From Escherichia coli (GTDB taxonomy: Bacteria > Pseudomonadota > Gammaproteobacteria > Enterobacterales > Enterobacteriaceae), in assembly GCF_048403405.1 (NCBI RefSeq), contig NZ_CP183129.1: a stretch of 64,000 bases of DNA, one strand, 5' to 3'. Shown here piece after piece: positions 37,260-48,858 of the stretch (positions are counted from its first letter, which is position 1; each line of letters opens with the position of its first letter). Under the pieces are notes generated by a model. The model ran no database searches. It was not told where the DNA came from and worked only from the letters and a program-made list of their open reading frames with translations. Position numbers and translations under genes: made by a program.

Positions 37260-37973
37260 ATGGAAAAAGTCATGTTGTCCTTTGACAAAGTCAGCGCCCA
37301 CTACGGCAAAATCCAGGCGCTGCATGAGGTGAGCCTGCATATCAATCAGGGCGAAATTGTCACGCTGATTGGCGCGAACGGGGCGGGGAAAACCACCTTG
37401 CTCGGCACGTTATGCGGCGACCCACGCGCCACCAGCGGGCGAATTGTGTTTGATGATAAAGACATTACCGACTGGCAGACGGCGAAAATCATGCGCGAAG
37501 CGGTGGCGATTGTCCCGGAAGGACGCCGCGTCTTCTCGCGGATGACGGTGGAAGAGAACCTGGCGATGGGCGGTTTTTTTGCTGAACGTGACCAGTTCCA
37601 GGAACGCATAAAGTGGGTGTATGAACTGTTTCCACGTCTGCATGAGCGCCGTGTTCAGCGGGCGGGCACCATGTCCGGCGGTGAGCAGCAGATGCTGGCG
37701 ATTGGTCGCGCGCTGATGAGCAACCCGCGTTTATTGTTGCTTGATGAGCCATCGCTCGGTCTTGCGCCGATTATCATCCAGCAAATTTTCGACACCATCG
37801 AGCAGCTGCGCGAGCAGGGGATGACTATCTTCCTCGTTGAGCAGAACGCCAACCAGGCGCTGAAGCTCGCTGATCGCGGCTACGTTCTGGAAAACGGTCA
37901 TGTGGTGCTCTCCGATACCGGCGACGCGCTGCTGGCAAATGAAGCGGTGAGAAGTGCGTATTTAGGCGGGTAA
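37260..37973 (+). CDS. livF: Branched-chain amino acid ABC ATPase LivF
   Basis: Start MEKVMLSFDKV; Walker A GANGAGKTT; 237 aa. Confidence 0.9.
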   Translation: MEKVMLSFDKVSAHYGKIQALHEVSLHINQGEIVTLIGANGAGKTTLLGTLCGDPRATSGRIVFDDKDITDWQTAKIMREAVAIVPEGRRVFSRMTVEENLAMGGFFAERDQFQERIKWVYELFPRLHERRVQRAGTMSGGEQQMLAIGRALMSNPRLLLLDEPSLGLAPIIIQQIFDTIEQLREQGMTIFLVEQNANQALKLADRGYVLENGHVVLSDTGDALLANEAVRSAYLGG

Positions 37974-38040
37974 TAACACGTTGATTGATAAGGAGTCAAA
38001 AGACTCCTTTGAGACAGGTTACAAATGTAAAATTGCCTGA

Positions 38041-38143
<103 letters not shown>

Positions 38144-38233
38144 GAGCAATCTGTAGAGTTTGATTCAGACCTTCTATTTTTCCCGCTTATCCGTGCCCCA
38201 TCTCCCATTTTCCCTCACCCGTACCGTCACCGC

Positions 38234-38274
38234 CTTGTCATCTTTCTGACACCTTACTATCTTACAAATGTAAC
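38234..38274 (+). promoter_or_regulatory. Candidate PhoB boxes in ugpB promoter
   Basis: cttgtcatctttctgacacc resembles pho-box consensus CTGTCATA-N4-CTGTCAT; upstream of ugpB. Confidence 0.4.
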
Positions 38275-38370
38275 AAAAAAGTTATTTTTCTGTAATTCGA
38301 GCATGTCATGTTACCCCGCGAGCATAAAACGCGTGAATTCGCGCATTCGGTACAACAAGAGAGATAAACG

Positions 38371-39687
38371 ATGAAACCGTTACATTATACAGCTTCAGCA
38401 CTGGCGCTCGGACTGGCGTTAATGGGGAATGCACAGGCAGTGACGACCATTCCGTTCTGGCATTCTATGGAAGGGGAACTGGGTAAAGAGGTGGATTCTC
38501 TGGCCCAACGTTTTAACGCCGAAAACCCGGATTACAAAATTGTACCGACCTATAAAGGCAACTACGAACAGAATTTAAGCGCGGGGATTGCCGCATTTCG
38601 TACCGGCAACGCTCCGGCTATTTTGCAGGTTTATGAAGTTGGCACCGCCACCATGATGGCGTCGAAAGCCATTAAACCGGTGTATGACGTGTTTAAAGAG
38701 GCGGGGATTCAGTTCGATGAGTCGCAGTTTGTGCCGACGGTTTCAGGCTATTACTCCGACAGCAAAACCGGCCACTTACTCTCCCAGCCGTTCAACAGCT
38801 CGACTCCTGTTCTCTATTACAACAAAGACGCCTTCAAGAAAGCGGGGTTAGACCCGGAACAGCCGCCGAAAACCTGGCAGGATCTGGCGGACTATGCCGC
38901 GAAACTGAAAGCCTCCGGTATGAAGTGCGGCTACGCCAGCGGCTGGCAGGGCTGGATCCAACTGGAAAACTTTAGCGCCTGGAACGGTCTGCCGTTTGCC
39001 AGCAAAAACAACGGCTTTGACGGCACAGACGCGGTGCTGGAGTTCAACAAGCCGGAGCAGGTGAAACACATCGCTATGCTCGAAGAGATGAACAAGAAGG
39101 GCGATTTCAGCTACGTCGGGCGTAAGGATGAATCCACTGAGAAGTTCTATAACGGTGATTGCGCGATGACCACCGCCTCTTCCGGTTCTCTCGCCAACAT
39201 TCGCGAGTACGCCAAATTTAACTACGGCGTAGGCATGATGCCTTACGACGCCGATGCGAAAGATGCGCCACAAAACGCCATTATCGGCGGAGCCAGCTTG
39301 TGGGTAATGCAGGGTAAAGATAAAGAAACTTATACGGGTGTGGCGAAGTTCCTCGACTTCCTCGCGAAGCCAGAAAACGCTGCCGAGTGGCATCAGAAAA
39401 CTGGTTATCTGCCAATCACCAAAGCGGCGTATGACCTGACCCGTGAGCAGGGTTTTTATGAGAAAAACCCAGGGGCGGATACCGCGACGCGTCAGATGCT
39501 GAATAAGCCGCCGTTACCGTTCACCAAAGGGCTGCGTCTGGGTAACATGCCGCAGATCCGCGTGATTGTGGATGAAGAGCTGGAGAGCGTGTGGACCGGT
39601 AAGAAGACACCACAGCAGGCACTGGATACCGCCGTTGAGCGTGGGAACCAGTTACTGCGCCGCTTTGAGCAGTCTACGAAGTCTTAA
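38371..39687 (+). CDS. ugpB: sn-glycerol-3-phosphate-binding periplasmic protein UgpB
   Basis: 438-aa ORF with signal peptide; operon order. Confidence 0.95.
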   Translation: MKPLHYTASALALGLALMGNAQAVTTIPFWHSMEGELGKEVDSLAQRFNAENPDYKIVPTYKGNYEQNLSAGIAAFRTGNAPAILQVYEVGTATMMASKAIKPVYDVFKEAGIQFDESQFVPTVSGYYSDSKTGHLLSQPFNSSTPVLYYNKDAFKKAGLDPEQPPKTWQDLADYAAKLKASGMKCGYASGWQGWIQLENFSAWNGLPFASKNNGFDGTDAVLEFNKPEQVKHIAMLEEMNKKGDFSYVGRKDESTEKFYNGDCAMTTASSGSLANIREYAKFNYGVGMMPYDADAKDAPQNAIIGGASLWVMQGKDKETYTGVAKFLDFLAKPENAAEWHQKTGYLPITKAAYDLTREQGFYEKNPGADTATRQMLNKPPLPFTKGLRLGNMPQIRVIVDEELESVWTGKKTPQQALDTAVERGNQLLRRFEQSTKS

Positions 39688-39692
39688 TTCTC

Positions 39693-39840
39693 TTACCCTC
39701 ACCCTAACCCTCTCCCAAAGGGAGAGGGGACCGATCGGCGTGGTATCCAGGTGCCGTGTCGGTTTGCAACTTCGCTCGGTGGGAAAGTATGCACCGCCTT
39801 TCTCCCTCGCCCCTCTGGGGAGAGGGCCGGGGTGAGGGGA
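39693..39840. repeat. GC-rich interspersed repeat (box-C-like), inverted pair
   Basis: ccctcaccctaaccctctcccaaagggagaggggaccgatcg and its inverse ccctctggggagagggccggggtgagggg; matches copy at 21962. Confidence 0.5.
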
Positions 39841-39862
39841 TCACAACACGAAGAGTTTAACT

Positions 39863-40750
39863 ATGTCATCATCCCGTCCGGTGTTCCGCTCGCGCTGGCT
39901 GCCCTATTTGCTGGTCGCGCCGCAGCTCATCATCACCGTTATCTTTTTTATCTGGCCTGCGGGCGAAGCGTTGTGGTACTCGCTGCAAAGCGTCGATCCG
40001 TTTGGTTTCTCCAGCCAGTTTGTCGGCCTGGATAACTTCGTCACGCTGTTTCATGACAGCTACTATCTCGACTCCTTCTGGACGACGATAAAATTCAGCA
40101 CCTTTGTCACCGTCAGTGGTTTGCTGGTGTCGCTGTTCTTTGCGGCGCTGGTGGAGTACATCGTGCGCGGCAGCCGTTTCTATCAAACCTTGATGCTGCT
40201 GCCGTATGCCGTGGCTCCCGCCGTTGCCGCCGTATTGTGGATCTTCCTGTTTAACCCTGGTCGCGGGCTGATCACCCATTTTCTCGCTGAGTTCGGCTAC
40301 GACTGGAACCACGCGCAAAACAGCGGTCAGGCGATGTTTCTGGTGGTGTTTGCCTCGGTGTGGAAGCAAATCAGCTACAACTTTCTGTTCTTCTATGCCG
40401 CGCTGCAATCCATTCCCCGTTCGTTGATCGAAGCCGCAGCCATCGACGGTGCAGGCCCGATTCGCCGCTTCTTTAAGATTGCGCTGCCGCTTATCGCTCC
40501 GGTGAGTTTCTTCCTGCTGGTGGTGAACCTGGTGTACGCCTTCTTCGACACCTTCCCGGTGATCGACGCCGCCACGTCCGGCGGGCCGGTTCAGGCCACC
40601 ACGACGCTGATTTATAAGATTTACCGCGAAGGCTTTACCGGACTGGATCTGGCTTCGTCTGCCGCGCAGTCGGTGGTGTTGATGTTCCTCGTCATCGTGC
40701 TGACGGTGGTGCAGTTCCGCTATGTTGAAAGCAAGGTGCGTTACCAATGA
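39863..40750 (+). CDS. ugpA: G3P ABC transporter permease UgpA
   Basis: 295-aa multi-TM ORF. Confidence 0.95.
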
Positions 40751-41592
40751 TTGAGAACCGTCCGTGGCTGACAATATTCAGCCATACCATGCTGATCCTC
40801 GGGATCGCGGTGATCCTCTTCCCACTGTACGTGGCGTTTGTCGCGGCGACGCTGGATAAACAAGAAGTCTACGCCGCGCCGATGACGCTTATTCCCAGCA
40901 CGCATCTGCTGGAAAACATCCACAACATCTGGGTGAACGGGGTAGGCACGAATAGCGCGCCGTTCTGGCGGATGTTGCTTAACAGCTTTGTGATGGCGTT
41001 CAGCATTACGCTCGGCAAAATTACCGTCTCGATGCTCTCGGCCTTTGCCATTGTCTGGTTTCGTTTTCCGCTGCGTAACCTCTTCTTCTGGATGATTTTT
41101 ATCACCCTGATGCTGCCGGTTGAAGTGCGTATCTTCCCGACAGTGGAAGTCATCGCCAACCTGAAAATGCTCGACAGCTACGCCGGCTTAACGCTGCCGC
41201 TGATGGCCTCGGCGACCGCCACCTTCCTGTTCCGCCAGTTCTTTATGACGCTGCCGGATGAGCTGGTGGAAGCCGCGCGGATCGACGGCGCGTCACCAAT
41301 GCGTTTCTTTTGCGACATCGTTTTTCCGCTGTCCAAAACCAATCTGGCGGCGCTGTTTGTGATCACCTTTATCTACGGCTGGAACCAGTATTTGTGGCCG
41401 TTGTTGATTATTACCGATGTGGATCTCGGCACCACCGTGGCAGGGATTAAAGGGATGATCGCCACAGGCGAAGGCACAACGGAATGGAACTCGGTGATGG
41501 CGGCGATGTTGTTAACCCTGATCCCACCAGTAGTGATTGTTTTAGTGATGCAGCGTGCCTTCGTGCGCGGCCTGGTCGATAGTGAGAAATAA
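40747..41592 (+). CDS. ugpE: G3P ABC transporter permease UgpE
   Basis: 281-aa multi-TM ORF; 4-bp overlap with ugpA. Confidence 0.95.
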
Positions 41593-41593
41593 G

Positions 41594-42664
41594 ATGGCAG
41601 GACTGAAATTACAGGCAGTAACCAAAAGCTGGGATGGCAAAACCCAGGTCATTAAACCGCTGACCCTTGATGTGGCGGATGGCGAATTTATCGTGATGGT
41701 CGGGCCGTCTGGCTGCGGGAAATCGACGTTATTGCGAATGGTGGCCGGACTGGAGCGGGTAACGACGGGCGATATCTGGATCGACCGCAAGCGTGTCACC
41801 GAAATGGAGCCGAAAGATCGCGGGATTGCGATGGTGTTCCAGAACTACGCGCTCTATCCGCATATGAGCGTAGAGGAGAACATGGCGTGGGGGCTGAAAA
41901 TTCGCGGCATGGGCAAGCAACAAATTGCCGAACGTGTTAAAGAAGCGGCGCGCATTCTGGAGCTGGACGGCCTGCTTAAGCGCCGCCCGCGTGAGCTATC
42001 TGGCGGTCAGCGTCAGCGCGTGGCGATGGGGCGTGCGATTGTGCGTGAGCCGGCAGTGTTCCTGTTTGATGAGCCGCTCTCTAACCTCGATGCCAAGTTG
42101 CGTGTGCAGATGCGTCTTGAACTGCAACAGCTGCACCGTCGCCTGAAAACGACTTCACTCTACGTTACTCACGATCAGGTTGAAGCGATGACGCTCGCCC
42201 AGCGAGTAATGGTGATGAACGGCGGCGTTGCCGAACAGATTGGCACGCCAGTTGAAGTGTACGAAAAGCCCGCCAGCCTGTTTGTGGCGAGTTTTATCGG
42301 CAGTCCGGCGATGAATCTGCTGGCAGGGCGTGTGAATAACGAAGGTACGCATTTCGAACTGGACGGCGGTATCGCGCTGCCGCTAAACGGTGGCTACCGT
42401 CAGTATGCCGGGCGTAAAATGACTCTCGGCATTCGCCCGGAACATATAGCGCTAAGCTCGCAGGCAGAAGGTGGTGTGCCGCTGGTGATGGACACGCTGG
42501 AGATCCTCGGCGCAGATAATCTGGCGCACGGACGCTGGGGCGAACAGAAGCTGGTGGTGCGACTGGCGCATCAGGAGCGCCCGACGGCAGGCAGCACGCT
42601 GTGGCTGCATCTGCCGGAAAATCAGCTGCATCTTTTTGATGGTGAAACAGGACAACGAGTATGA
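41594..42664 (+). CDS. ugpC: G3P ABC transporter ATPase UgpC
   Basis: Start [13 protein letters not shown]; Walker [10 protein letters not shown]; 356 aa. Confidence 0.9.
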   Translation: MAGLKLQAVTKSWDGKTQVIKPLTLDVADGEFIVMVGPSGCGKSTLLRMVAGLERVTTGDIWIDRKRVTEMEPKDRGIAMVFQNYALYPHMSVEENMAWGLKIRGMGKQQIAERVKEAARILELDGLLKRRPRELSGGQRQRVAMGRAIVREPAVFLFDEPLSNLDAKLRVQMRLELQQLHRRLKTTSLYVTHDQVEAMTLAQRVMVMNGGVAEQIGTPVEVYEKPASLFVASFIGSPAMNLLAGRVNNEGTHFELDGGIALPLNGGYRQYAGRKMTLGIRPEHIALSSQAEGGVPLVMDTLEILGADNLAHGRWGEQKLVVRLAHQERPTAGSTLWLHLPENQLHLFDGETGQRV

Positions 42665-43404
42665 GTAACTGGCCTTATCCCCGCATCGTCGCCCATCGTG
42701 GCGGCGGTAAACTGGCCCCGGAGAACACCCTGGCAGCAATCGACGTCGGGGCAAAATACGGTCATAAGATGATCGAATTTGACGCGAAGTTATCGAAAGA
42801 TGGCGAGATCTTCCTGCTCCATGACGACAATCTTGAACGCACCAGCAACGGCTGGGGCGTCGCGGGCGATCTGAACTGGCAGGATTTACTGCGCGTGGAT
42901 GCAGGCAGTTGGTACAGCAAAGCGTTTAAAGGTGAGCCGCTACCGTTGCTTTCGCAGGTGGCGGAACGCTGTCGCGAACACGGGATGATGGCGAATATCG
43001 AAATCAAACCCACCACTGGCACCGGGCCATTAACGGGCAAAATGGTGGCGCTGGCGGCACGCGAACTGTGGGCCGATATGACGCCGCCGCTGCTGTCATC
43101 CTTTGAGATTGATGCTTTAGAAGCTGCACAACAGGCTGCACCGGAACTGCCGCGCGGTTTGTTGTTGGATGAGTGGCGCGACGACTGGCGAGAACTGACC
43201 GCGCGACTGGGCTGCGTCTCTATTCATCTCAATCATAAGTTGCTTGATAAAGCGCGAGTGATGCAGTTGAAAGACGCCGGATTACGGATTCTGGTTTATA
43301 CCGTCAATAAACCCCAGCGCGCGGCAGAGTTGCTGCGCTGGGGCGTGGATTGCATCTGCACCGATGCGATTGACGTGATTGGTCCGAACTTTACGGCCCA
43401 ATAG
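42661..43404 (+). CDS. ugpQ: Glycerophosphodiester phosphodiesterase UgpQ
   Basis: 247-aa ORF; HRG motif (IVAHRGGG). Confidence 0.95.
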   Translation: MSNWPYPRIVAHRGGGKLAPENTLAAIDVGAKYGHKMIEFDAKLSKDGEIFLLHDDNLERTSNGWGVAGDLNWQDLLRVDAGSWYSKAFKGEPLPLLSQVAERCREHGMMANIEIKPTTGTGPLTGKMVALAARELWADMTPPLLSSFEIDALEAAQQAAPELPRGLLLDEWRDDWRELTARLGCVSIHLNHKLLDKARVMQLKDAGLRILVYTVNKPQRAAELLRWGVDCICTDAIDVIGPNFTAQ

Positions 43405-43831
43405 TTTTCAACGGAATATCAGGCTGCGGCGTGCTGGGCTGATTCAGCATGTCGCCGTTTCTCCTCTCCGGCAACATATGCTGCTGATTCAACGAACTAT
43501 CCGGATTACGGTTGCTGTTTAACATCCCGCCGTTGGTGTTGGGCAGCATTTGCTGCCGGGCGGGATTTCGCTCCCCCGGCTGTGACTGCAACACCCGCTG
43601 AGAATTATTGTTGATCTGGTTTTCTAAATGCTGCTGTTGCAACTGCGTTTGCGTTTTCAGTTGCTGATTCAGCATCCCTTTTTGCTGGATTTGCTGCGTT
43701 TGCATTTGAGTCTGCATCCGCTGCTGGCTGGGGATCTGATATCCCGGCTGGTTGGGGTTGTTCAGAGTATTAATGGGCTGTGCAAAGCCGACAAACGGCA
43801 GGAGTGCCGTCAAAAGCAGAAGTCGTTTCAT
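43391..43831 (-). CDS. yhhA: Gln-rich secreted protein YhhA (DUF2756)
   Basis: 146-aa ORF with signal peptide and Q-rich repeats. Confidence 0.85.
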   Translation of the reverse strand: MKRLLLLTALLPFVGFAQPINTLNNPNQPGYQIPSQQRMQTQMQTQQIQQKGMLNQQLKTQTQLQQQHLENQINNNSQRVLQSQPGERNPARQQMLPNTNGGMLNSNRNPDSSLNQQHMLPERRNGDMLNQPSTPQPDIPLKTIGP

Positions 43832-43950
43832 CGCGTATCCTCCTCTGAAGATATTCTTTAAGTTTACTCGCTTCCCGGCAAAACGATGATTAATTCAGAG
43901 TTATATACCAGGCTTAGCTGGGGTTGCCCCTTAATCTCTGGAGAATAACG

Positions 43951-45693
43951 ATGATAAAACCGACGTTTTTACGCCGGGTAGCCATTGCTGCTCTGCTCTC
44001 AGGAAGTTGTTTTAGCGCCGCCGCCGCGCCTCCTCCGCCACCTGTTTCTTATGGCGTGGAGGAAGATGTCTTCCATCCGGTACGCGCGAAACAGGGGATG
44101 GTGGCGTCTGTAGATGCTACTGCCACTCAGGTGGGCGTGGATATCCTCAAGGAGGGCGGGAATGCCGTTGATGCTGCCGTGGCGGTGGGCTACGCGCTGG
44201 CGGTAACGCATCCGCAGGCGGGGAATCTGGGCGGCGGTGGTTTTATGCTGATCCGCTCGAAAAATGGCAATACCACCGCTATCGATTTCCGCGAAATGGC
44301 ACCCGCCAAAGCGACCCGCGATATGTTCCTTGATGATCAGGGTAACCCGGACAGCAAAAAATCACTCACTTCGCATCTGGCCTCCGGTACGCCAGGTACG
44401 GTCGCAGGTTTCTCGCTGGCGCTGGAGAAGTACGGCACCATGCCGTTAAATAAAGTGGTGCAGCCGGCGTTTAAACTGGCACGCGATGGTTTTATCGTTA
44501 ATGACGCGCTGGCTGACGATCTCAAAACCTACGGTAGCGAAGTGTTGCCGAATCACGAAAACAGCAAGGCTATCTTCTGGAAAGAGGGCGCGCCGCTGAA
44601 AAAGGGCGACAAGCTGGTGCAGGCGAACCTGGCAAAGAGCCTGGAGATGATTGCCGAAAACGGCCCGGACGAATTCTACAAAGGCACGATAGCGGAACAG
44701 ATTGCCCAGGAGATGCAGAAAAACGGTGGCTTGATCACTAAAGAAGATTTAGCGGCGTATAAAGCGGTCGAACGTACACCGATTAGCGGCGATTATCGCG
44801 GGTATCAGGTTTACTCCATGCCACCGCCATCTTCCGGCGGGATCCATATCGTACAAATCCTCAATATTCTGGAAAACTTCGATATGAAGAAATACGGCTT
44901 TGGCAGCGCCGACGCGATGCAAATCATGGCAGAAGCTGAGAAATATGCCTACGCCGACCGCTCGGAATATCTTGGCGACCCGGATTTTGTCAAAGTTCCG
45001 TGGCAGGCGCTGACCAATAAAGCCTATGCCAAATCTATTGCCGATCAAATCGATATCAATAAAGCGAAGCCATCCAGCGAAATTCGCCCCGGCAAGCTTG
45101 CGCCTTATGAGAGTAATCAAACTACCCATTACTCAGTGGTGGATAAAGACGGCAACGCGGTAGCGGTGACCTATACGCTGAACACCACCTTCGGGACGGG
45201 CATTGTCGCGGGCGAGAGCGGTATTCTGCTTAATAACCAGATGGATGATTTCTCCGCCAAACCTGGCGTACCGAACGTTTACGGGCTGGTGGGTGGTGAC
45301 GCCAACGCGGTCGGGCCGAATAAACGCCCGCTGTCGTCGATGTCCCCAACCATTGTGGTGAAAGACGGTAAAACCTGGTTAGTGACTGGTAGCCCAGGCG
45401 GTAGCCGGATCATCACTACCGTGCTGCAAATGGTGGTGAACAGCATCGATTATGGTATGAATGTCGCCGAAGCGACCAATGCACCGCGTTTCCACCATCA
45501 GTGGTTGCCGGACGAGCTGCGTGTCGAGAAAGGATTTAGCCCGGATACGCTCAAGCTGCTGGAAGCAAAAGGTCAGAAAGTGGCGCTGAAAGAGGCGATG
45601 GGCAGTACACAAAGCATTATGGTTGGGCCGGACGGTGAGCTGTACGGTGCATCCGATCCGCGCTCGGTGGATGATTTAACGGCGGGGTATTAA
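43951..45693 (+). CDS. ggt: Gamma-glutamyltranspeptidase
   Basis: Start MIKPTFLRRVAIAALL (signal peptide); 580 aa; matches K-12 GGT. Confidence 0.95.
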   Translation: MIKPTFLRRVAIAALLSGSCFSAAAAPPPPPVSYGVEEDVFHPVRAKQGMVASVDATATQVGVDILKEGGNAVDAAVAVGYALAVTHPQAGNLGGGGFMLIRSKNGNTTAIDFREMAPAKATRDMFLDDQGNPDSKKSLTSHLASGTPGTVAGFSLALEKYGTMPLNKVVQPAFKLARDGFIVNDALADDLKTYGSEVLPNHENSKAIFWKEGAPLKKGDKLVQANLAKSLEMIAENGPDEFYKGTIAEQIAQEMQKNGGLITKEDLAAYKAVERTPISGDYRGYQVYSMPPPSSGGIHIVQILNILENFDMKKYGFGSADAMQIMAEAEKYAYADRSEYLGDPDFVKVPWQALTNKAYAKSIADQIDINKAKPSSEIRPGKLAPYESNQTTHYSVVDKDGNAVAVTYTLNTTFGTGIVAGESGILLNNQMDDFSAKPGVPNVYGLVGGDANAVGPNKRPLSSMSPTIVVKDGKTWLVTGSPGGSRIITTVLQMVVNSIDYGMNVAEATNAPRFHHQWLPDELRVEKGFSPDTLKLLEAKGQKVALKEAMGSTQSIMVGPDGELYGASDPRSVDDLTAGY

Positions 45694-45699
45694 GGTTAG

Positions 45700-45725
45700 C
45701 GGCCCTCTTCGTGGGAAGAGGGCCG
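45700..45725. terminator. Hairpin between convergent ggt and yrhB (possible bidirectional terminator)
   Basis: cggccctcttc gtgg gaagagggccg perfect stem-loop. Confidence 0.5.
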
Positions 45726-45730
45726 TATTG

Positions 45731-46015
45731 TCAGGGCAAGCCGAAGGTAGCCTTTTTTATTTCATAATCCTGTAGATATTCTTCCAGCGGCTTTGCCGTT
45801 CCCAGAGAATGAATTTCACCACTATCTTTATCAATAATAAAAGGTGCGTTACCAGCTAAGCGCGCGGCCTCATCTCCAGATTCAAGAAATTCTTGTGATT
45901 CGAAACAGAAATACCAGCCCTGGCTAAAACGTCCATGCAGAGTGATGACGACAGGGAGATCTGCATCATCAAGGTAATGGTTCGCTTTCGCGAATGCGTC
46001 GTGATAAGTAATCAT
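45731..46015 (-). CDS. yrhB: YrhB (small heat-stable protein)
   Basis: 94-aa ORF; synteny next to ggt. Confidence 0.8.
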   Translation of the reverse strand: MITYHDAFAKANHYLDDADLPVVITLHGRFSQGWYFCFESQEFLESGDEAARLAGNAPFIIDKDSGEIHSLGTAKPLEEYLQDYEIKKATFGLP

Positions 46016-46464
46016 AATTATAATAAATATTATTGTTGATCGTTATATTATTATTCTTGCGTTATACTTTGAGAAAAGACGCGTTCATCTTCGTCAAAGA
46101 TATTATTAAATGCTGGTTTTGAAAAAAGTTCATCGGATAATATACAGTCACGAAATAAGTATCTGCTAATATTTTGTGATTTCTTTTTCAGAACGTCGAA
46201 CGGGATTTTCTTATTTAAGATATCAGAATCTTATGATTCGGGTGAAATTCTAACTAAATCAACATGTCACTAAAATCATCATAGCCATTAGCTATTTCGG
46301 CTAAAATAGAGATTACATGTCTTCGGTCCATCTCACTTAAGGAGTGTAGTTCCGTTGTAAGTTTTTCCATAGCTTGCATTGCTAAGTTTCGAACAAGGAA
46401 TTTTCTGCTGGTAATCTCTAAAAAGATGGCATGGTTTACAATGATTTTTGTTACCTTTTGATTA

Positions 46465-46959
46465 TTATGAACAACTGTCCATGATTTCGTTTAAGAATGA
46501 AGAGAAATCACTAAACGAACTGAATATATTTTCGGTGCCAATATTATCTCTAATTTCAAAAAAGTTACTTTTAATGTCATAAGTAAATATTGAAATGCTA
46601 TCATCCCCGATCACTAACCGTTCTTGTAGATCAGGGTTTATGAAATCATCATTATTTCTATAAAATTCATTTACGGCAAAAAGGTTTTTAACTGAAGGTT
46701 CTGGAATCGAGAGGCTAAATAATCGTAATCCATTAGCTTCGAATCCATCCATTGCTCTTAAAAAAGTAAGATAATCAGGTTGATTCTTAAAAAAAATACT
46801 AACTTCATTACATAACTTCTCCAGGCAATTAGTTGAATTAGAATTAAATTCTATTTGGATTATACTTTCAATAAATGATTCCTTAAGCGGTGCTTCAAAT
46901 GGATAGTCTAAATCATTCATCATTTTTTTTAATTTATTTATTTGGGTCTTAGTCATCAT
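46465..46959 (-). CDS. yrhA: Putative immunity protein for YhhZ nuclease (YrhA-like), apparently intact
   Basis: 164-aa AT-rich ORF whose start overlaps the yhhZ stop by 4 bp (46956-46959); no IS1 sequence seen. Confidence 0.6.
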   Translation of the reverse strand: MMTKTQINKLKKMMNDLDYPFEAPLKESFIESIIQIEFNSNSTNCLEKLCNEVSIFFKNQPDYLTFLRAMDGFEANGLRLFSLSIPEPSVKNLFAVNEFYRNNDDFINPDLQERLVIGDDSISIFTYDIKSNFFEIRDNIGTENIFSSFSDFSSFLNEIMDSCS

Positions 46960-48134
46960 TTTGTGGGTTCCATAATATTTTTCATGGGAGGATAAATTGA
47001 GCCAGATGGAATGGCCCAGTGAGTGATTTTGCTTTCACCTACTAATATTCCCTTAGCTATTCGTGATTGCATGTTAGTAAAAACTTTATGATATGGTTCG
47101 TTTTCGATTAATACTAAATTTTCGAAATCGTTAGCACCACCATCATCTAGAGATAGTTTATGGTGAACATTATAATTTAGAGGAACATTGCCCTTTCTCA
47201 TTCTTAAAAGGTCTTCGGCGTTGAATCTTTCAGATGCTTCGGAGGTTTTTGCAAGTTTGATAAGAAAATTTTTTCTTACAGTTTTATTAAACTCCTTTCG
47301 TAAGTTAGCTAAGTCTTTTGAAGGTCTCTTAATGTATATTATTTCTATTATGTCTATACCATCAAGAAGTTTTTGTTGACCTCTAAGTTTGCCTAAGTAA
47401 CTATTTATTTCTGTATATGTATCAACATTAGAACGCTTTGTTAAAAGAATAGATGCTGTTGCTATCGCTATGCCCGCTGTTTTTTCATTTAGTATTTGAT
47501 CATAGCCTTTTATTGCATCTCCACCCAGTTTTTCCGCAGTATCTCTGAATCCTTCAATGTTCCCATTGTATACGCCACCAGCAGCAAGTAGCCTGCCAAT
47601 AGCTTTGCTGTTTAACGCTTTTAAACCATTATTTGTTTGGTTTTTTGAATTTGGTAAAACCAAACGGTTATAATTTTCAGGGAGTGCCAAATAGCTGAAC
47701 TCGGTATTTGCGATAAGATGTTGACAGAGGATAAATTCATAACTAACAGTTATTGTTTCTGTATCCAGTTGATTTTGAATGATCTGATGATGAATAGCCG
47801 ATAAAAAAGCGCCTCTTAGTTGTATATAATAATACTTTTCCCATCTACCAAATCTATTGATTCTATAAAAGTCAAATTCCATAAATAATTGCTCATTATT
47901 GTTAATGGAATTAATAAGTAATGGAGTGCTTTTATCAATTAATTTACAAAATGTCATACCCTGTAACTGTGAACCAAGTCCCGTATTAGTAATTCTATTT
48001 GCGAGTGAGAATGTAAATATTTCATCCTCATGCCCACTCTGCCAGCGATTACCTATAGATTCAGTAGTCCCACAACCTGCGGAGATGTTTCCTTGTTGTT
48101 CTCCCGTTACTGTCAGGTAAACAATATTACTCAT
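46956..48134 (-). CDS. yhhZ: Hcp-ET type VI effector: N-terminal Hcp domain fused to C-terminal HNH/EndoVII-like nuclease (YhhZ)
   Basis: 392-aa ORF; N-terminus MSNIVYLTVTGEQQGNISAGC... is Hcp-like; C-terminus has NVHHKLSLDDGGANDFENLVLIENEPYHK, an HNH-type motif. Confidence 0.8.
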   Translation of the reverse strand: MSNIVYLTVTGEQQGNISAGCGTTESIGNRWQSGHEDEIFTFSLANRITNTGLGSQLQGMTFCKLIDKSTPLLINSINNNEQLFMEFDFYRINRFGRWEKYYYIQLRGAFLSAIHHQIIQNQLDTETITVSYEFILCQHLIANTEFSYLALPENYNRLVLPNSKNQTNNGLKALNSKAIGRLLAAGGVYNGNIEGFRDTAEKLGGDAIKGYDQILNEKTAGIAIATASILLTKRSNVDTYTEINSYLGKLRGQQKLLDGIDIIEIIYIKRPSKDLANLRKEFNKTVRKNFLIKLAKTSEASERFNAEDLLRMRKGNVPLNYNVHHKLSLDDGGANDFENLVLIENEPYHKVFTNMQSRIAKGILVGESKITHWAIPSGSIYPPMKNIMEPTK

Positions 48135-48369
48135 CCATGAAAAGTCCTTTTATGGCATGCTATTTTATCAATGGAACTATTATGCTTGTTAATTGTTATT
48201 TATTTACTCCAGGAAATTGTAGGCGTATATATTAAAAAATAAAATATTACACTTTAGGACGTAATCATGAGGTAAATCTTATATATTTATTGGGAAAATA
48301 AATACATTAAAGGAAGGTATGCCGATTTTGAATGACACCCTTTTTCCATCTCAGAAAAAGGGCACTATC

Positions 48370-48858
48370 TTACTTCACCCGCGCCATATAATACGCATCG
48401 ACATATTCACCATTACGTAATGCGTACTTCTTGCCAGTCCCTTCAATCTCAAATCCAAATTTTTTATAGACCTTAATTGCTGGCGCGTTATCGATGAACA
48501 CCGTTAGCTCAATACGATCTACCCGCAACCAGTTGTCGCACATTTCAATCATCTCTCGCATCAGGGCGCTGGCGACGCCGCGATTCTTCCAACGGGAGTC
48601 GACACAAATACCAAAATCTGCAACATGACTGCGGCGTGGGCGCTGTTGCACGTCAATGGTGAGATGGCCCACGACGTCTCCATCAATACAGGCGACGAGT
48701 TGCTTGATGCCGGGGCGATCGGCGAGTCGCTCCTGCCACATATGATCGGAGGGATGAGGCACCTGTAGCGTGTTGCAATACACCTCCGGCTGGGCGTGAA
48801 TCTGCCTGATGGCCTCGTAATCCCGTGTTTCTGCGTGGCGTATCACTATCTCACTCAT
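48370..48858 (-). CDS. yhhY: GNAT N-acetyltransferase YhhY
   Basis: Likely start MSEIVIRHAETRDYEAI (162 aa); GNAT motifs. Confidence 0.85.
   Translation of the reverse strand: MSEIVIRHAETRDYEAIRQIHAQPEVYCNTLQVPHPSDHMWQERLADRPGIKQLVACIDGDVVGHLTIDVQQRPRRSHVADFGICVDSRWKNRGVASALMREMIEMCDNWLRVDRIELTVFIDNAPAIKVYKKFGFEIEGTGKKYALRNGEYVDAYYMARVK

Noticed and set aside
45731-48134. Expected IS1 insertion in the yrhA region, as in K-12
   Set aside because: No IS1-like sequence (no InsA/InsB-like ORFs, no terminal inverted repeats) is present; the yrhA-like ORF is contiguous. Recorded as a strain difference, not a mobile element.
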